DNA of 24,000 bases from an uncultured Desulfocapsa sp. (GCA_964538055.1 CAZIDU010000003.1:40594-64593), one strand, 5' to 3'. Positions 9,288 through 17,595 are shown, counted from the first letter of the stretch. Numbers and translations: made by a program. The notes: generated by a model not told the origin, from the letters alone.

Positions 9288-10029
9288 TTAGAGGATCTGT
9301 TCCAGGAATTTTTGGGTTCGGTCATGTTCGGGATTATCAAAAAACTGATCAGGAGGAGCAATTTCTAAAATCTTGCCCTCGTCCATAAAGACAACCTTAT
9401 CAGCCACTTCACGGGCAAATCCCATCTCATGGGTAACCACCACCATGGTCATGCCCTCACGGGCAAGCTTCACCATAACGTCCAGGACCTCGCCAATCAT
9501 TTCAGGATCAAGTGCTGAAGTTGGCTCGTCAAATAGCATGATTTTAGGGTTCATGGCAAGCGCCCTGGCAATGGCCACACGTTGCTGTTGACCACCGGAG
9601 AGTTGTACGGGATAACTATCAGCCTTGTCGACAAGACCAACCTTATCAAGCAGCTCCATTGCCCTTTTTTCCGCCTGGGATTTCGGTTCTTTTTTTAACT
9701 TGATGGGGGGCAAGGGTCAGGTTTTCGAGCACCGTTTTGTGGCGAAAAAGATTAAAGCTCTGGAAAACCATACCAACCTCTTCTCGAATACGGTTGATAT
9801 CATTTTGAGGGTCACCGAGATCCCGACCATCTACTACTATGGAACCGGAATTGATCTCTTCCAACTGATTAATGGTTCGCAGTAGAGTGGACTTTCCAGA
9901 ACCGGATGGACCAATAACCACGACTTTTTGTCCGGTTTCCACGGTTAGTGAGACATCAGCAAGGGCCTGGAAGGTACCAAAAAACTTATTTACATTCTGA
10001 ATCGAAATAATTGGATTAACGTCGCTCAT
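9288..10029 (-). pseudogene. Polar amino-acid ABC transporter ATP-binding protein (GlnQ-like), interrupted by a +1 frameshift in a homopolymer
   Basis: Two overlapping track ORFs are the halves of one ATPase. ORF 9646-10029 carries Walker A (GPSGSGKST) and the Q-loop. ORF 9288-9713 carries the signature [15 protein letters not shown], Walker B ([11 protein letters not shown]) and the H-loop (VVTHEMGF). The frames switch at the C6 run on the coding strand (G6 at 9705-9710). Deleting one base gives ...[26 protein letters not shown]..., a continuous GlnQ-like sequence. Confidence 0.85.
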
Positions 10030-10801
10030 AATGGCTCAATCGGTTTTCCATATTACTGAGAAGTTTAGACAGTATCAGGGTTATCAGAAGATAAACAAGG
10101 GCAATCATGGTGTACGTCTCAAAGTATAAAAAAGACTCGGAGGCAAACTCACGCCCACGGCGCAGGATATCAGATACCGCAATAATGGAAACAAGAGAGG
10201 TATCTTTCAAAAGCGCAATAAACTCGTTACCAACCGGTGGGAGAATTGTTCGCCACGCCTGGGGCAAGATCACATAACGCATGGTTTGAGAACGGTTAAA
10301 CCCTAAGGAGAGAGACGCCTCAGTCTGCCCATCATCAATGGAATTAATGCCTGCCCGGAAGACCTCTCCCATGTAAGCTCCATAGCAAAATCCCATGGCA
10401 ATAATGGCTGCCACCAGATCCGGAACCCGAACCAGATGACCAAGGGCAAAATAGATATAGAAGAGCTGAACCAGAAGCGGAATACCGCGCACCACCTCAA
10501 TATAGGTGGAGGCTGTAAGATTAAAAAATTTATTTTTAGATATTCGGCCAAGGCCAGCAATCAAACCAAGAACGAGCGCTAGAGCAATGGAGGCAATGGT
10601 TACCTTAAAGGTTATCACAATACCATCGGGCAAATACTTCAAGATATTTAGATAGGGATCCGGCTTGCTGATAACGAGGTAGGCCATAATGGCAAGGGTA
10701 CCAAAAAACGAAATCCGCCAGGCTGTAAATAAGCCCTTATCCTCAGGATCAGGGATGGCAGCACCATCACCAATATCGATAACTACTTTTTTTTCTCTCA
10801 T
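10016..10801 (-). CDS. Polar amino-acid ABC transporter permease (His/Glu/Gln/Arg/opine family)
   Basis: The 261-aa ORF is multi-TM and carries an EAA-loop-like region (TEASLSLGFNRSQTMRYVILPQAWRTILPPVGNEFIALLKDTSL). Its stop overlaps the ATPase start by 14 nt. Confidence 0.9.
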   Translation of the reverse strand: MREKKVVIDIGDGAAIPDPEDKGLFTAWRISFFGTLAIMAYLVISKPDPYLNILKYLPDGIVITFKVTIASIALALVLGLIAGLGRISKNKFFNLTASTYIEVVRGIPLLVQLFYIYFALGHLVRVPDLVAAIIAMGFCYGAYMGEVFRAGINSIDDGQTEASLSLGFNRSQTMRYVILPQAWRTILPPVGNEFIALLKDTSLVSIIAVSDILRRGREFASESFLYFETYTMIALVYLLITLILSKLLSNMENRLSHYERR

Positions 10802-10963
10802 TACACTCTGTAACCAGCAGATACAGGAAATGAAAAATCCGAGATATTCTCCACAAGGAGAATACCCGGATTCAAAAATGCCACCTATTTATAGTTCGTA
10901 GCAGATGTATTGATATTGACCAAAAGCATTACATGATCAAATCATGTACGACCAGCTATAGGT

Positions 10964-11061
10964 GGCTTCAGGTGGTGCAGGTTCGGCTGTTTTTCCCTCC
11001 CCGTAATAGTTTTTTTCTATACGGGGAGGGAAAAACAGCCGAAGATGTGCCGCCTGAAGTC
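10964..11061. repeat. Long imperfect inverted repeat (42-nt arms, 24-bp perfect core, 14-nt loop) in the SBP-permease intercistronic spacer
   Basis: The left arm (10964-11005) is ggcttcaggtggtgcaggttcggctgtttttccctccccgta. The right arm (11020-11061) is tacggggagggaaaaacagccgaagatgtgccgcctgaagtc. The core ttcggctgtttttccctccccgta pairs perfectly, and the outer cttcagg also pairs. No U-run follows on either strand. Confidence 0.85.
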
Positions 11062-11069
11062 AACCTAAA

Positions 11070-11804
11070 TTATTGACCAATCCATTTTTGTTGTAACTCC
11101 TGGACATAAGGGGTTTTGCTAACAGCCTCAATTCCCTGGCTCACAAGATCAAGTACTTCCTGATTCCCTTTTTTCACAGCGATTCCGTAAAACTCAACCT
11201 CACCGGTTTCAATGGTTGCGGCGATTTTCAAGGTTCCTTTATACTTGCCCATCGCATAATTTGCAGCAACGGGATCATCGCAGACAACAGCGGAGATACG
11301 GCCGACGTTGAGATCTTCCATGGCAAGACCTACTTCATCATACGACTTTGCCTCAACTCCATCGGCAGCCTTGATGGCAAAATACCCAGTAGTCCCGATC
11401 TGGGCGCCTACTTTTTTTCCCTTGAGATCTGCAAAGCTTTTTGCAGTGGAGTCCGCGGGAACTATTAAGGCCTGACGTACCTTAAAATAAGGAGTGGAAA
11501 AATCCATGGTCTTTTGACGCGCCTCGGTGATAGAGACAGAAGAACAGATTGCGTCATATTTTCCAGTGGCAAGACCTGCAAAAATTCCGTCCCAGGCAAC
11601 ATTTTTGAACACTGGAGTAAAACCGGCTGCCTTTGCTGCAGCTGTCATATAATCGATGGAATATCCAACAACTTGCTTATCACTATTCATAAATTCCATT
11701 GGGGGCCAGGTTGCATCAACTGCAAAAACAATGGTTTTCTGTGCCATTGCAGTACTGCTCACACATAGCAACATTGCCAGAGTCAATACGATTTTTTTAA
11801 ACAT
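11070..11804 (-). CDS. Amino-acid ABC transporter substrate-binding protein (periplasmic, family 3)
   Basis: The ORF is open from 11840, but the ATG at 11804 is preceded by AGGGAGAAG and starts the signal peptide MFKKIVLTLAMLLCVSSTAMAQ. The body has an SBP_bac_3-like pattern (TIVFAVDATWPPMEF ... DAICSSVSITEAR). Confidence 0.9.
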   Translation of the reverse strand: MFKKIVLTLAMLLCVSSTAMAQKTIVFAVDATWPPMEFMNSDKQVVGYSIDYMTAAAKAAGFTPVFKNVAWDGIFAGLATGKYDAICSSVSITEARQKTMDFSTPYFKVRQALIVPADSTAKSFADLKGKKVGAQIGTTGYFAIKAADGVEAKSYDEVGLAMEDLNVGRISAVVCDDPVAANYAMGKYKGTLKIAATIETGEVEFYGIAVKKGNQEVLDLVSQGIEAVSKTPYVQELQQKWIGQ

Positions 11805-11946
11805 TTTCTTCTCCCTGTAAAATTGAGTAACGATTTGCAAAAATCCGCCGCAAAATATACGTCTAGACTGAAACCAAAAGCGATACCACGATCATTCTCC
11901 AGTGGCAAGACAATTATCCCTAAGTTAGGATGGAAGCGAAAATTTC

Positions 11947-11974
11947 TTGACGTCTCCTCTTTTACGACTACAAT
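11947..11974 (+). promoter_or_regulatory. Candidate sigma70-type promoter for the pal-like gene
   Basis: TTGACG lies at 11947-11952 and TACAAT at 11969-11974, separated by a 16-nt spacer, about 70 nt upstream of the start codon. This is a sequence match only. Confidence 0.4.
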
Positions 11975-12042
11975 GTAACCTAATGGAGACACGAACTATT
12001 TTCTAATTCCTTAATCCGTATTTTCTTGAAATGAGGTCCTTT

Positions 12043-12660
12043 ATGAATCCGATGGTTAAGTCAGCTTTTATTACCACTGCTCTTCTGTTTTCTATTGTTA
12101 TGCTCAGTTCATGCAGTAAAAAAAGCGTTATCCCACCAGAAGGATCACCGGCCGATGGATCTACTATGTCAAGCGGAACCAATATTGACTACCCTGCTGC
12201 CGACCAATATTCAGAGACCGGCCTTGCAGGAGAAGAGCCTATAAGCTCCACGGGAAGTGGTGGTCTTTCTATTAATGATGGCTCCGACCAGCAATCAGAA
12301 GAATATCGTCGAACCTATGGCCGATCTTCAACGGTTTTCAGTCCCATTTATTTTGAATTTGATCAGGCTGGAGTCAGCTTCGATATGGCCCCTATCCTTA
12401 ACGCCAACGCAAGTTATATGAAGGACAATCCCGCTATGGTGATTGTCATCGAGGGAAATTGTGATGAACGTGGAACCAACGAGTACAACCTGGCACTTGC
12501 CGAACGTCGGGCTATCAATGCCAAGGAATATATGGTGAACCTCGGGGTGAACCCAGCTCGTATTCGTACCGTCAGTTACGGCGAAGAACGGTTACTGTTT
12601 CTTGGCCAGAATGAACTGGACTGGTCTCAAAACAGACGTGCTGATTTTATTGTTGAATAA
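12043..12660 (+). CDS. pal: Peptidoglycan-associated lipoprotein (Pal / OmpA-family C-terminal domain)
   Basis: The lipobox is VMLSSC, followed by a low-complexity linker. The OmpA_C domain reads IYFEFDQAGV...IEGNCDERGTNEYNLALAERRA...VSYGEE. The track ORF starts at 12031. The ATG at 12043 has a GAGG 6 nt upstream and is my preferred start. Confidence 0.9.
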   Translation: MNPMVKSAFITTALLFSIVMLSSCSKKSVIPPEGSPADGSTMSSGTNIDYPAADQYSETGLAGEEPISSTGSGGLSINDGSDQQSEEYRRTYGRSSTVFSPIYFEFDQAGVSFDMAPILNANASYMKDNPAMVIVIEGNCDERGTNEYNLALAERRAINAKEYMVNLGVNPARIRTVSYGEERLLFLGQNELDWSQNRRADFIVE

Positions 12661-12684
12661 TCAGAACACTGTAGCATAGACAAT

Positions 12685-12724
12685 AAAAAGGGTTTGGAAG
12701 AGTAATCTTCCAAACCCTTTTTTT
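12685..12724. terminator. Bidirectional rho-independent terminator between the convergent pal and cmk genes
   Basis: An 11-bp GC-containing stem (gggtttggaag at 12690-12700 pairs with cttccaaaccc at 12707-12717) has a 6-nt loop. It is flanked by an A5 run upstream and a T7 run downstream. Confidence 0.8.
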
Positions 12725-12774
12725 GTTTTCAAAACCACCCCATCCAGCATTCAGTCTTAAAGCACCGTATCCCT

Positions 12775-13473
12775 CTATTTTGAATGAAGAGAAATTTTTA
12801 AAAGCATCGCTTCCACCACCTCATCAATACTCAGTAAACCAGTATCAATACTATGAGCATCCGCAGCCTTGCACAGAGGTGCAATTGTTCGGTTCTGGTC
12901 ATCGTGGTCACGTTTCACAATCATCGCTAATAACTCAACTTCCTTCACCTGCTTTCCCTGGAGGCGAAGTTGATCTGCCCGTCTCTGCATTCGTATTTCA
13001 GGTGCAGCATCAAGATAAAACTTCCAGGCAGCCTCGGGAAAAACAACCGTTCCGGTATCACGTCCCTCGGCGACTATCCGTCCCTCTCTGCCAATTTCCT
13101 GCTGCATTAAGGTGAGTTTTTCTCGAACAGCAGGTACAGCAGAAGCAGCGGATGCCACCATGGCCATCACAGGACTGCGAATCTCCTGACTAACATCACA
13201 ACCATCAAGCAGCACTCCAACGTCTTCACTCTCCGCAGTTGCTGCTAATAACTTTATAGAAGTAGTAGCAAGACACTCACGGACAGCACTATCATCTCCC
13301 AGATCAACCTGAGCATTTTTGAGTTTCAGGCCAACAGCCCTGTACATGGCACCGGTATCGAGATAAGTAAAGGAAAGACTTGCTGCGACCCTACGACTGA
13401 TGGTGGATTTCCCCACCCCGGAGGGGCCGTCAATGGTGACTATCTGCTGTTTATGTTCAGGAGACATAACCAA
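12775..13473 (-). CDS. cmk: Cytidylate kinase
   Basis: The 232-aa ORF carries the P-loop IDGPSGVGKST followed by YLDTGAMYRA, which is typical of Cmk. Confidence 0.95.
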   Translation of the reverse strand: MVMSPEHKQQIVTIDGPSGVGKSTISRRVAASLSFTYLDTGAMYRAVGLKLKNAQVDLGDDSAVRECLATTSIKLLAATAESEDVGVLLDGCDVSQEIRSPVMAMVASAASAVPAVREKLTLMQQEIGREGRIVAEGRDTGTVVFPEAAWKFYLDAAPEIRMQRRADQLRLQGKQVKEVELLAMIVKRDHDDQNRTIAPLCKAADAHSIDTGLLSIDEVVEAMLLKISLHSK

Positions 13474-14572
13474 GCTCTTGGAGACAATTTTTTAAGCTGT
13501 GCACAAAGCGATAATTTTCCTCGGTGGTACCCACGGTCACCCGAATCACATTGGTATAACCATAGGCCTTCATGGAACGGATAATTACCCCCTTATGAAG
13601 CATGGCTTCGTAGAGAGCTGTTGCGTCGCCTTTAACATCAATAAGGAAAAAATTTGTCTGAGACGAATAGCTGGTGCAGCCCATTTTACCAACCTGTTTT
13701 TGGAGCCAGGCCATCCCGGCTTTGGTTCCATCAAGTGTTTTCTGGTAAAACTCTGTATCGTTCAAAGCGGCTACAGCTGCAACCTGGGCAAGCTGGTTCA
13801 CATTGAATGGCTGCCGGACCCGGTGCAGATACCCCGCAACTTCAGCACTCATCAGGCCATAGCCCACACGAATACCTGCAAGCCCATAAGCTTTGGAAAA
13901 CGTACGCAGAGACACAACACCACACCGCCCTTTTGAGTTATGGATCAGTGAATAAATATCCACCTGTAACTCAGAGTCCATGAAGTCCCTGTAGGCCTCA
14001 TCGAGAACCACAATAACAGTTTCCGGTACCTCACTCAGAAAAGTGTATAAATCACCAGGATTTATCGCTGTTGCGGTGGGATTGTTCGGGTTATCGAGAA
14101 AGATAAGACGGGTGCGGTCGGTGACTGCCCCAAGAATAGCACCAAGATCGTGATGCATTCCCTTTAAGGGAAAGACGATGTTCACTCCACCTCGAACCTG
14201 TACCACCTTTTGGTACATAAGAAAAGAAGGGTGGCTGGTGATAACCTCATCTCCGGCCTCCACGTAGGCCTTTACCAAAAACTCGATAATATCGTCGGAA
14301 CCATTTCCAACAACCACCTCATCAGGTGAAAACCCCTCCTTCTCCGCTATGGCCTGCACCAGATAATAATTTGAACCATCTGGATACCTGTGCAGGTTAT
14401 TCAGAGCAGCCCCGATGGCCTCGATGGCCTTGGGCGAAGTTCCCCAGGCATTTTCATTGGAAGCAAGCTTTATAGGGTCTTTGACCCCATATTCACGTTC
14501 CAGTTCTTCAATGGGCTTCCCCGGGGGATAGGGAACTATGGATTTGATATATTCTAGAACCTGTGCTTTCAC
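13457..14572 (-). CDS. hisC: Histidinol-phosphate aminotransferase
   Basis: The class-II aminotransferase pattern is present (KLASNENAWGTSP, NPNNPT, SLRTFSKAYGLAGIRVGY with the PLP lysine). The track ORF extends to 14755 but would overlap gatA by 167 nt. The GTG at 14572 sits 9 nt after an AGGAG that directly follows the gatA stop, giving a 371-aa product of normal size. Confidence 0.9.
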   Translation of the reverse strand: MKAQVLEYIKSIVPYPPGKPIEELEREYGVKDPIKLASNENAWGTSPKAIEAIGAALNNLHRYPDGSNYYLVQAIAEKEGFSPDEVVVGNGSDDIIEFLVKAYVEAGDEVITSHPSFLMYQKVVQVRGGVNIVFPLKGMHHDLGAILGAVTDRTRLIFLDNPNNPTATAINPGDLYTFLSEVPETVIVVLDEAYRDFMDSELQVDIYSLIHNSKGRCGVVSLRTFSKAYGLAGIRVGYGLMSAEVAGYLHRVRQPFNVNQLAQVAAVAALNDTEFYQKTLDGTKAGMAWLQKQVGKMGCTSYSSQTNFFLIDVKGDATALYEAMLHKGVIIRSMKAYGYTNVIRVTVGTTEENYRFVHSLKNCLQELGYVS

Positions 14573-14588
14573 CTTTATAGTCTCCTGG

Positions 14589-16049
14589 TTAACCGATATC
14601 AGGGCATTTATTACCCAGCTTTGTGCCGAGTTCCAAATTATATGCTGCTTGAAAAAGAGTCTCTTCGCGAAAATGAGGGCCCTGCAATTGAATCCCAATG
14701 GGAAGGCCATTGCTACTGAACCCTCCGGGAACAGACATTCCTGGAATACCTGCAAGGTTTGCAGATATTGTTAAAATATCAGAAAGATACAGAGCAAGAG
14801 GATCGTTGGCATGGGTGCCACGTTTCCAGGAAGGGGTGGGTGTTACCGGGGAAATAAGCAGATCACAGGACTCGTAGGCCTTTTGAAAATCATTCAGGAT
14901 AAGCGTACGAACCTGGGAAGCTTTTTTGTAATAGGCATCATAGTAACCCGAAGAAAGCGCGTAGGTTCCGATCAAAATACGACGTTTTACCTCATCTCCA
15001 AAACCACAGGAGCGCGTTTCCCGATACATATCTATAAGCGATTCTGCATCCTGATTACGATACCCATAAACCACACCATCATAGCGGGCCAGATTGGAAC
15101 TAGCCTCTGCAGAGGCTATCAGGTAATAGACTGCGACACAGTACTCCATATGCGGCAGTGAAATATCCACAATCTCAGCACCACAAGCTTTCAGTGACAA
15201 AATACCATCCTCAACCACTTTTGCCACTTCAGGGTCGAGACCTTCAGCAAAATACTCCCGGGGAACACCGACCCTCACCCCCTTCATTCCCTTGGTGAGA
15301 GAGGCCGTAAAGTCCGGGAGATCCTGCTTAACCGATGTGGAATCCAGCTTATCATAACCCGAAATTCCGTTCATCATCATTGCTGAATCCGTGACATCGC
15401 GTGTCAGGGGGCCAATCTGGTCAAGGGAGGAGGCAAATGCCACTAGGCCATAACGGGAAACACGGCCATAGGTTGGTTTTATTCCGACAACACCACACAA
15501 AGATGCGGGTTGCCTGATAGATCCACCCGTATCAGAGCCAAGCGATCCAAGACACTCCATGGCGGCAACGGAAGAGGCCGATCCACCCGACGATCCTCCG
15601 GCAACATACCCGCTTTTCCAGGGATTTTCGGGGATTCCAAAGGCACAATTCTCGGAAGTGGACCCCATGGCAAACTCATCCATGGCAACCTTACCCACAA
15701 TAACCGCTCCCTGATTTTTTAATTTTTCTACAACAGTGGCATCGTAGGGAGGGATAAAGTTCTCCAGTATTTTTGAGCCACAAGTTGTGGTCACTCCCCG
15801 CGTACAGAGAAGATCTTTTATGGAAAAAGGAATACCGCAAAGAGGTGCAACTATCCCTTGGGTAATCTGTTTGTCGGCAGCATCGGCCTGCTGTAAGGCT
15901 TCTTCTTCTGTTACACAAATAAAGGAGTGGATGCTGCCATCAACCTTTTTTATTCGATCCAGGCAACTGGTCGTCAGTTCCCTTGACGACAATTTGCCGT
16001 CATCAAGGGCAGTTCTTGCCTGACCGATGGTTAGTTCATAGGGATTCAT
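14589..16049 (-). CDS. gatA: Asp-tRNA(Asn)/Glu-tRNA(Gln) amidotransferase subunit A
   Basis: The 486-aa ORF carries the amidase signature GGSSGGSA and the GSDTGGSIRQPA motif. It lies immediately downstream of gatC. Confidence 0.95.
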   Translation of the reverse strand: MNPYELTIGQARTALDDGKLSSRELTTSCLDRIKKVDGSIHSFICVTEEEALQQADAADKQITQGIVAPLCGIPFSIKDLLCTRGVTTTCGSKILENFIPPYDATVVEKLKNQGAVIVGKVAMDEFAMGSTSENCAFGIPENPWKSGYVAGGSSGGSASSVAAMECLGSLGSDTGGSIRQPASLCGVVGIKPTYGRVSRYGLVAFASSLDQIGPLTRDVTDSAMMMNGISGYDKLDSTSVKQDLPDFTASLTKGMKGVRVGVPREYFAEGLDPEVAKVVEDGILSLKACGAEIVDISLPHMEYCVAVYYLIASAEASSNLARYDGVVYGYRNQDAESLIDMYRETRSCGFGDEVKRRILIGTYALSSGYYDAYYKKASQVRTLILNDFQKAYESCDLLISPVTPTPSWKRGTHANDPLALYLSDILTISANLAGIPGMSVPGGFSSNGLPIGIQLQGPHFREETLFQAAYNLELGTKLGNKCPDIG

Positions 16050-16124
16050 TACTCAAACGCCTCAAAATAAAAAAGAACCTTAATAGGTTCAAGAAATCGT
16101 CTTTTAAACTGTAAGTATCAATAA

Positions 16125-16412
16125 TTATAAAATAATCTTTGGTACCACGAAGGATTCACCGTTATCTTCCGGAGCGTTCCTCAACGCCACTTCCACTGGC
16201 AGGGATTCCTGTATTTCATCTTCCCGAAAGGCATTATTAATAGAAAAAGCGTGGGTGGTAGGAGTCACACCTGCAGTGTCCAGTTCATCAAGCTTAGCCA
16301 CATATGAAAGGATAGTATCGAGCTGTCCTGTCATTCTAGCCAACTCTTCTTCACTCATATTCAGCTTGGCAAGTGTCGCAACATGTTCAACTTCTTTACG
16401 TGTAATTTTCAT
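16125..16412 (-). CDS. gatC: Asp-tRNA(Asn)/Glu-tRNA(Gln) amidotransferase subunit C
   Basis: The 95-aa ORF shows the typical GatC sequence (VEHVATLAKLNMSEEELARMTGQLDTILSYV..LDELDT). Confidence 0.95.
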   Translation of the reverse strand: MKITRKEVEHVATLAKLNMSEEELARMTGQLDTILSYVAKLDELDTAGVTPTTHAFSINNAFREDEIQESLPVEVALRNAPEDNGESFVVPKIIL

Positions 16413-16449
16413 TCAGATATATCTTCTTTTCGTGTTTCAATTTTTAGGT

Positions 16450-17097
16450 TCAACATTGACGCTCAATGTTAAATTTTTCCAGGTATTCCTGAGAAAAAGC
16501 GTCACCCGTGGAAGTAAAATCAACTATGGCCTCACTAAACGCTAAAACACACTCTTTATCAAATTGTGATTCCATACAATTATTGAGTTCTAGCACAGCC
16601 TCTTCCATGGTCATATTACGGCGATAATTTCTTCTGGAAGTCATGGCGTCGTAACTGTCGACCACAATCAAAATCTTTGTTAAAACATCGAGATCATCGC
16701 CCGTGAGTCCGTCGGGATAGCCCTTTCCATCCATGCGCTCATGGTGATGACGGATAATAAAATGCTCTCTGTCCATAAAGCCCAGAGGTTTTATGATATT
16801 TGCCCCGACAACAGGATGTTTTCGAATAAGCGCCCATTCTTCGTCGTTGAGTTTGCCGGGTTTTTGAATACAGGAAAGATCAATCACCAGCTTCCCGATG
16901 TCATGAAATTGTGCCGCACGGCGCAGGGTAGCAAGGTCAGTTTCTGAGATACCCATAGCAATACCAAGAAGAACCGCATATTCGGTTACCCTCATGGTAT
17001 GCCCTGCCGTGTAAAAATCCTTTTCCTCCATAGCATTCTGGAGGCTTGACATCAGTTGAACGGTTGCATTTTCAAGACTATGACTATATTGAAGCAA
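16450..17097 (-). CDS. HD-GYP domain (cyclic-di-GMP phosphodiesterase-type) segment, probably the C-terminal part of an interrupted REC-HD-GYP (RpfG-like) regulator
   Basis: The domain motifs are GHTMRV, FHDIGK and HHHERMDGKGYPDGL. The track start is only a TTG with no Shine-Dalgarno sequence. The ORF is in the same frame as the upstream REC ORF, separated from it by one TGA (17136-17134) and 12 sense codons. Confidence 0.8.
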   Translation of the reverse strand: MLQYSHSLENATVQLMSSLQNAMEEKDFYTAGHTMRVTEYAVLLGIAMGISETDLATLRRAAQFHDIGKLVIDLSCIQKPGKLNDEEWALIRKHPVVGANIIKPLGFMDREHFIIRHHHERMDGKGYPDGLTGDDLDVLTKILIVVDSYDAMTSRRNYRRNMTMEEAVLELNNCMESQFDKECVLAFSEAIVDFTSTGDAFSQEYLEKFNIERQC

Positions 17098-17133
17098 AAG
17101 CTTATTTGTTTTTTCCAGTTCAATGGCTTTTGC

Positions 17134-17595
17134 TCAAACATCTTCCTCAAGCTCTCGCTTGTAATGAACCTCCCGGCGAATAAACATTCGTTTTTCAATG
17201 GCACGATGGATCTTTACATTGAAGATATCTAGATCTTCAATGGGTTTAGTGAGAAAATCATAGGCCCCAAGGTTAATAGCTTTAACAGCATAATCCATAG
17301 AACCCGCCCCGGTAAGAAATATAACGGGAATATCGTACTCGAGAAGGTTAAGGGCTTCGATGGTTTCAAAACCATCCATACCCGGCATATTTATGTCGAG
17401 CAAAATAACATCGTATGAATCGTCTACAATTTCAGCAACATACCTTCCATCATTAACCGATACTACTTCGTGACCAAACATCTCGAGAATTTTTGACACG
17501 GTGGTACGTACCATCTTGTCATCATCGGCAACCATAATTTTTGTCTGTACTGTTTCCAATTCCTTCATCCTCGAAAAACCAAATAAATCATTCAA
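17134..17595 (-). CDS. Response-regulator receiver (REC) domain protein, ending at an in-frame TGA ahead of the HD-GYP segment
   Basis: The REC motifs are KIMVADDD, ILLDINMPGMDG (phospho-acceptor Asp region), IFLTG and LTKP. The C-terminal tail is a coiled-coil-like linker (RREVHYKRELEEDV) that continues after the stop as AKAIELEKTNKLL. Confidence 0.85.
   Translation of the reverse strand: MNDLFGFSRMKELETVQTKIMVADDDKMVRTTVSKILEMFGHEVVSVNDGRYVAEIVDDSYDVILLDINMPGMDGFETIEALNLLEYDIPVIFLTGAGSMDYAVKAINLGAYDFLTKPIEDLDIFNVKIHRAIEKRMFIRREVHYKRELEEDV

Noticed and set aside
12723-13115. 130-aa plus-strand ORF overlapping cmk
   Set aside because: It is antisense to a clear cytidylate kinase gene and starts inside the bidirectional terminator. 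The translation is proline- and glutamine-rich with no domain features.
14573-14755. A 61-codon N-terminal extension of the hisC ORF (track start at 14755)
   Set aside because: It would overlap the gatA coding region by 167 nt. The extension (MQVFQECLFPEGSVAMAF...) has no aminotransferase similarity. A GTG with a well-spaced AGGAG right after the gatA stop gives a protein of normal length.
16066-16091. Small hairpin with a U-run (gaacct-atta-aggttc, then ttttttatttt on the minus strand) between gatC and gatA, considered as an internal terminator
   Set aside because: The stem is only 6 bp with low predicted stability. gatC and gatA are normally co-expressed. At most it is a weak attenuator, so I did not annotate it as a feature.
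17094-17136. Selenocysteine (UGA plus SECIS) reading of the in-frame TGA between REC and HD-GYP
   Set aside because: The position is a coiled-coil linker, not a redox-active site. The downstream hairpin has a 24-nt A-rich loop without the compact G/U-containing apical loop of bacterial SECIS elements. Other genes in the window terminate at TGA in the normal way (tusA and the yeeE-like gene), so a code-4-type reassignment is also excluded. I kept the observation as a nonsense or readthrough question only.
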